IMG/VR virus record: IMGVR_UViG_3300017448_000045
Location: 1-26,268 of that record
Origin: a virus
Lineage: Duplodnaviria; Caudoviricetes
Direction: 5' to 3' (one strand)
DNA: 26,268 nucleotides
In this document: positions 22,093 through 26,268 of the stretch, in pieces
Position numbering within the stretch: the first letter of the stretch is position 1
Layout: every line of letters starts with the position of its first letter
The notes under the pieces: model-generated
Database searches by the model: none
Seen by the model: only the letters and a program-made list of their open reading frames with translations
What the model was told of the DNA's origin: nothing
Translations under genes and position numbers: made by a program

Positions 22093-23535
22093 TCAGGACT
22101 TCAAATGCAGTCCGCGTAGCAGCTCGGCGACGGTGAATCGCGAGCCGTCTTTTTTCTTCCACACGTTTCCCTCTTGATAGGGTCCGGTGCGTTCCTGCGT
22201 ACGTTTCTCTTGCTGCTGTCCGCGATTGGCGGGTGGTCTTTGAGACTGCGGCGCGGCGCCGCGCGTTCTCTCCCGGTTTTGTCGCACGAGGTTCGGCGTC
22301 TCTTCCGCCAGCACCGCGCGCACGAACTTGTTCAGCACCCAGGGATAGCTCCACTGGGCTTTCTGTAAATTCAAACACTCCTGTAAATTCGCCGACTTGT
22401 AAGCCGGAGTCAGCTTCGACATGAAGGCGCGCGAGCTTTTCAGATGGCCTTCGATGGCCTTGCGCACCTTCTCGACGATCTCCGCCTTCTTGGCTTCCGG
22501 CAAGGCTTTGGTGGCAAGTGTGGAGGCGATGGCCGGGTGCTTGCGGATGATGGACTCCTGGAGTCGGCGCGAGTCGCTGGTAAAGGTCGTGCGGAAGCGG
22601 GTGAAGTCCTGCTGCTGCCGTTCCGTGGTTTCGCGTTGGAATTGTTGGCGCTGGCCTTCGAGCCTGCGCTCGTCTTCTGAGGGCTCGGCTTTGCGTTTCT
22701 GGAAGCCCTGCGCCCAGCGAATCATTTTGTCGAGCGAGGCGGCGATGCCATCTTGTTTCGCAGACTTGGCGGAGTCGCGCAGTTCGGTGAGCCACTCCGG
22801 GATCTCGGAACGCTGCAGGGTCGCCCCTACGATCGAGCCCATGACTTCGTTGTAGCTGTCGGCATCAAGCCGCGCCCATTCTTTCGGCAAGGTTTTAAAT
22901 AGAGAGATGGCGGCGTTGCGATCGCGCTGGAAGAAGTTCTGCACCAGCCTGCCATGTCCGGTGTAATTGCCCTGGGCATCGCGGCCCTCGAAGTCGCGAT
23001 CGACTTCTTCAATCTCTTTGATTTCTCCGTAGAGCTGCTCCACGTCGGCGATGCCATTGGGGAATTGCTCCCGCATCTGCCGCGCTTCGGCGAGCGTGGG
23101 ATAAAGTTCGCGGTAGGCCATGTCGCGGCGGAATGCCGCTTCGACCTGCTCCTGCACTTTGGGGTATTTCTGGAAAACCGCGGTTAGTTCCGGGGCTTCT
23201 TTCTTGAGCGCCAGGAGGCGCTTCGAGACGAGGCCCTTGAAGTCGGCGGATTCTTTGTCGGGATCTTGCTGCTGCTGACGTTCGCCGGATTGATCGTCTT
23301 CATCCCCGGCCCCGGGATCCCCGCCGAGCTCTCCGTCAAGGCCATCATCGCCACTACCAGTGGATCCATCCCCGCCATCAGTGCCATCTGAAGATGCTCC
23401 GGGATCTCCGCCACTCGATCCGTCGATATCACCAGCTCCACCATCGCCTGCTCCTCCACCCGCCAGATTCACTCCGGCGGCGGCTGCGAACATGGTGGCT
23501 CCAAACAACATCCAGTGCAAGAAATATTTAAGCAT
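22093..23535 (-). CDS. Putative capsid scaffolding protein (480 aa)
   Basis: Between portal and capsid. Gly/Asp-rich N-terminus, long helical charged body. SD AAAGGA before ATG 23535, overlapping the portal stop. Confidence 0.75.
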   Translation of the reverse strand: MLKYFLHWMLFGATMFAAAAGVNLAGGGAGDGGAGDIDGSSGGDPGASSDGTDGGDGSTGSGDDGLDGELGGDPGAGDEDDQSGERQQQQDPDKESADFKGLVSKRLLALKKEAPELTAVFQKYPKVQEQVEAAFRRDMAYRELYPTLAEARQMREQFPNGIADVEQLYGEIKEIEEVDRDFEGRDAQGNYTGHGRLVQNFFQRDRNAAISLFKTLPKEWARLDADSYNEVMGSIVGATLQRSEIPEWLTELRDSAKSAKQDGIAASLDKMIRWAQGFQKRKAEPSEDERRLEGQRQQFQRETTERQQQDFTRFRTTFTSDSRRLQESIIRKHPAIASTLATKALPEAKKAEIVEKVRKAIEGHLKSSRAFMSKLTPAYKSANLQECLNLQKAQWSYPWVLNKFVRAVLAEETPNLVRQNRERTRGAAPQSQRPPANRGQQQEKRTQERTGPYQEGNVWKKKDGSRFTVAELLRGLHLKS

Positions 23536-26017
23536 TGAGTTGTGTCCTTTCACCTGCGCCCGTTGCTGAAGGCGTGGCGGATGCTACGGGTACGTGCTTC
23601 GGTGCTTTGCTCGCTTTATCGAGCATGAGTTTGTGAATGAAATCCTGCGGGGTGACGTTGATGCCGAGTTTCGCGAGAACCTGCGCCTGCGCTTCGGGCG
23701 GCATGTCTTTGAAGGCGATGTTCAGCGCTTCGGTGAGCGGCTTTTCCTGCGGCTGCGGTGGCGGGATCATCTTCGCGTGCTGCGCCAGGTGCTGCACTAC
23801 GGCGTCGAAGCCCAGCGGGTTCTCCCGTTTCGTCTTTTGCCCGCGCGGGGAATTCAGCCACCATGTGCAGCAGGCCGAATGCACGCCATGATTCTGATAG
23901 CTTTCTACTTCCACTTGCGGGGCGATTCCGGTCAGCAGTTCTTCGCCTTCCGGGATGCGGACCAGATCGGCGATTTCTTTCAACTGGAATTGCCAGTCGT
24001 CGAGGCCGGGGATTTTCAAATCCGGGATGCCGGTCATCTTGGCGAACAGTTGCGCGTTGCCCATGTCCTTCTTTAATTCCTGGCCGTAGGGCGTGTCCGC
24101 GATCTGCATCACGATCGCGCGCTGCTGATTCCACAGTTCCGGGAAGTTCTCGTCGCCTTCGGGATAGGCGGCGGCGTCGCCTTCTTGCGCGTCCACGTCC
24201 ACCGATTCGTTTTCAAAGTCGCCGGAGTCGCCGAGCACGGGGATGTTCACTTTGCCGCTCGAATGTTTTTCGTAATCGCGGCAGGCGAGCGTGGTGATGT
24301 CGGCGTGCAATTGCTTCAGGGGCACATAGAAGACGCCCATGCGCCCCATGGCCTGATCGTGCTGCATCGACTGCTGGCCGAGCGTGTTTGGCTGATCTTC
24401 TCCGGCTCCGGAGAGTGCGGGATAGGTTCCGGTGACCTGGTCGGAGATCGGCCCCATCAGATCCATCATGTGCTTCTGCATGTCCGGAGAAACCGAATCG
24501 GCGCGGGTCTGCATCACGCGCGAACGAATGTCCGCTCCCGGCTGCAGCGCGACTTCGACTTCGAGTCCGGGCGCCGCCCGTTGATCTTCGTTGGCTTCAG
24601 GCGAGAATGTATCCGAGGCCCGGTAGGTGATGGGAATCCCGTACTCGTAAGTTTCCGCCGAAATGTTTGAAAAAGTGTTGAAGCGGTCCTGGACGGAGAT
24701 CTCCGCCGTGCCCACGGCCGGGCGATGCTGCCCGCGTCCCGGCATGGCGTGGGTGGTCGCGATGCAGTCGTCCATCGACTGCGCTTCGGATTTCATGAAG
24801 GTGTTGCCGCCAAACTGAACATGCACGCCGCGCGGGAAGGTGTCTTTGGCGCGTTGCCGCATCTCTTTGTCTTTGAGCATCCAGTAAGCGGAAGGCCGGA
24901 ACCAAACGTCAACGTGGGTCACGAGCGTTGATTGCTTGGCTCCGGTTTGGGTGGGCAGCTTGGAGTTCTCGGCGACGGCGAGACGGGCGTTTCGTTCAAA
25001 GGCGTCATCGGGGCCGAAGTTCATTCCCGGCCGGATCTTGTCGGCGATGTCTTCGGTGGCAGCCGCAGCCCGCAAGAGCGAGTAGTGGATCTCGCGCTCG
25101 ATGGCGAAGTAGTGCCACTCGCTTTGATTCTTGGTATGTTGCGGGCGCTTGCAGTTCAGCGCGCCGAAGGCTTCAATCACCTGGCGGCCGCGCGGGACTT
25201 CGGAATCCTGCCCGTCGATCGGAACCGGGATCGATTCTTCTTCGCTGATATTTTCGTCGGTGAGCTGGGTGCCGCAAGTGGGGCAGGGAACTGGCGGCAC
25301 GGCCTCCGCCGCGGGCGCGGACCAGCCGCACTTCGGGCAAATAATGGTTGAGTCCACATCGGAATCTTTCGTGCCCAGTCCGGGGATGGTGTCGAAGCCA
25401 TGTTTCTCGCCGTCCGCGACATAGCGCGTCCACAAACAGATGAAGCCGCCGCACCAGGCTTGATAACACTCGTCCTGCAAGAGCAGTTGCGCTGGATTCC
25501 AGCGCCAGATTAGGCGGGCGAGCTTGGTGCGCCCATCCGCGGTATCGGTGTCGGCGGGATTGTCGGAATCGGTAGGGAAAAAACGGTAGCGCGGCGGGGC
25601 GCCGGCGACGGCGCCGATGAACATCAACCCGCGCGACTGGTAAATGTTGGTGACAAACTCGAAGCGCGGCATCTCGTCGAGATCGAGATCGCCGCCTGGC
25701 GAAACTCCCACGCCCGGAGCCGGTTTCCAGGTCTCATCCTTGTCGGACCAGTACCAGTACTGCCGTCCCGCCCAGTAGTTCTCCGCCTGCTTCACGTCCT
25801 TGACTTCGATCAGGCGCGGGTAGCGGTCTTCGGCGCTGCATTCGAGGTATAGCGAGAGAAAGGCTTTCTGTAGCTCTTCGTCGTCGGCGAGGGGATCGTC
25901 CCACTCTTCTTCTTCCTCTTCGCGGTCATTCTCCTGCGATTCAGAAGCGTCCGTTGTGGCAGACTCCGCGCCTTCTTCAGCGGCGGTGCCTGATGCTTTG
26001 TAGAGTTCGTCAGCCAT
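23528..26017 (-). CDS. Portal protein (P22-like) with Zn-ribbon insertion
   Basis: NYWAGRQY, FVTNIY, FFPTDSDNPADTDTAD, VQDRFN, SDQVTGTYPALSG and NHGVH motifs. 829 aa. Upstream of scaffold and capsid. Confidence 0.9.
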   Translation of the reverse strand: MADELYKASGTAAEEGAESATTDASESQENDREEEEEEWDDPLADDEELQKAFLSLYLECSAEDRYPRLIEVKDVKQAENYWAGRQYWYWSDKDETWKPAPGVGVSPGGDLDLDEMPRFEFVTNIYQSRGLMFIGAVAGAPPRYRFFPTDSDNPADTDTADGRTKLARLIWRWNPAQLLLQDECYQAWCGGFICLWTRYVADGEKHGFDTIPGLGTKDSDVDSTIICPKCGWSAPAAEAVPPVPCPTCGTQLTDENISEEESIPVPIDGQDSEVPRGRQVIEAFGALNCKRPQHTKNQSEWHYFAIEREIHYSLLRAAAATEDIADKIRPGMNFGPDDAFERNARLAVAENSKLPTQTGAKQSTLVTHVDVWFRPSAYWMLKDKEMRQRAKDTFPRGVHVQFGGNTFMKSEAQSMDDCIATTHAMPGRGQHRPAVGTAEISVQDRFNTFSNISAETYEYGIPITYRASDTFSPEANEDQRAAPGLEVEVALQPGADIRSRVMQTRADSVSPDMQKHMMDLMGPISDQVTGTYPALSGAGEDQPNTLGQQSMQHDQAMGRMGVFYVPLKQLHADITTLACRDYEKHSSGKVNIPVLGDSGDFENESVDVDAQEGDAAAYPEGDENFPELWNQQRAIVMQIADTPYGQELKKDMGNAQLFAKMTGIPDLKIPGLDDWQFQLKEIADLVRIPEGEELLTGIAPQVEVESYQNHGVHSACCTWWLNSPRGQKTKRENPLGFDAVVQHLAQHAKMIPPPQPQEKPLTEALNIAFKDMPPEAQAQVLAKLGINVTPQDFIHKLMLDKASKAPKHVPVASATPSATGAGERTQLNA

Positions 26018-26267
26018 TGAGGGTTAACGGAATGCGAAAGATTCTGGAAGGAACATGCGCAAAGTGATCGGCGAGAGTTCTCTGCTCGTCGGCCGGCGGA
26101 TCATCGCGCATGGCGGTGATGGTGACGTGAACTTCTTGCACGCGACGAACGCGCCCGGCTCGGTCCGTCCAGTGCCAGCGCTTCAATCGCCGCTCGGCCG
26201 CGCGATTCACTTCGCCCTTTGTTGAGTCGCCGCAGGTGTCGAGGTAAAAGTCGGAATATTTACAAAC
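26010..26267 (-). CDS. Hypothetical protein, probably truncated at window edge
   Basis: The frame of track ORF 26010..26210 stays open to the window end (VCKYSDFYLDTCGDSTKGEVNRAAERR...). Its stop overlaps the portal start. Confidence 0.55.
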   Translation of the reverse strand, partial: VCKYSDFYLDTCGDSTKGEVNRAAERRLKRWHWTDRAGRVRRVQEVHVTITAMRDDPPADEQRTLADHFAHVPSRIFRIPLTLNG

Positions 26268-26268
26268 A

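Larger units (their letters stand above)
754..26268 (-). mobile_element. Phage/prophage region: morphogenesis and lysis modules of a podovirus-like phage (boundaries not defined; continues beyond the right edge and possibly the left)
   Basis: Co-oriented, tightly coupled portal-scaffold-capsid-adaptor-nozzle-ejection-spike-endolysin-holin order. No tape measure, tube or sheath gene. No att site or integrase in the window. Confidence 0.95.

Overview
A GC-rich stretch of a tailed phage or prophage with a short-tail (P22/T7-like podovirus) gene order. The host is not determinable from the sequence; Acidobacteriota is my tentative guess. A long minus-strand late operon runs right to left: portal (with a Zn-ribbon insert), scaffold, major capsid, several small hypothetical and Zn-finger proteins, head-tail adaptor, nozzle/stabilisation protein, GNAT-like protein, three ejection-type proteins (the last with a KTSC domain) and three tail/fibre-type genes. 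Next come an inverted 88-aa gene and a lysis cassette (GH24 endolysin, 3TM holin, two tiny membrane proteins). The left 2 kb is accessory/regulatory: a Zn-finger gene behind twin palindromic operators, an Acb2/Tad1-like putative nucleotide sponge, an iteron-like 3x17-bp repeat with an AT-rich tract, a small basic protein and the 3' end of a VapC-like toxin. The most striking observation is that all three genes in the tailspike/fibre position encode Sec-type signal peptides and even numbers of closely paired cysteines (32, 20 and 4 by manual count). This suggests virion-type adhesins that are exported and disulfide-folded outside the cytoplasm. No integrase, terminase, tRNA or CRISPR array is visible. 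All family calls come from motif recognition and synteny, not database searches.
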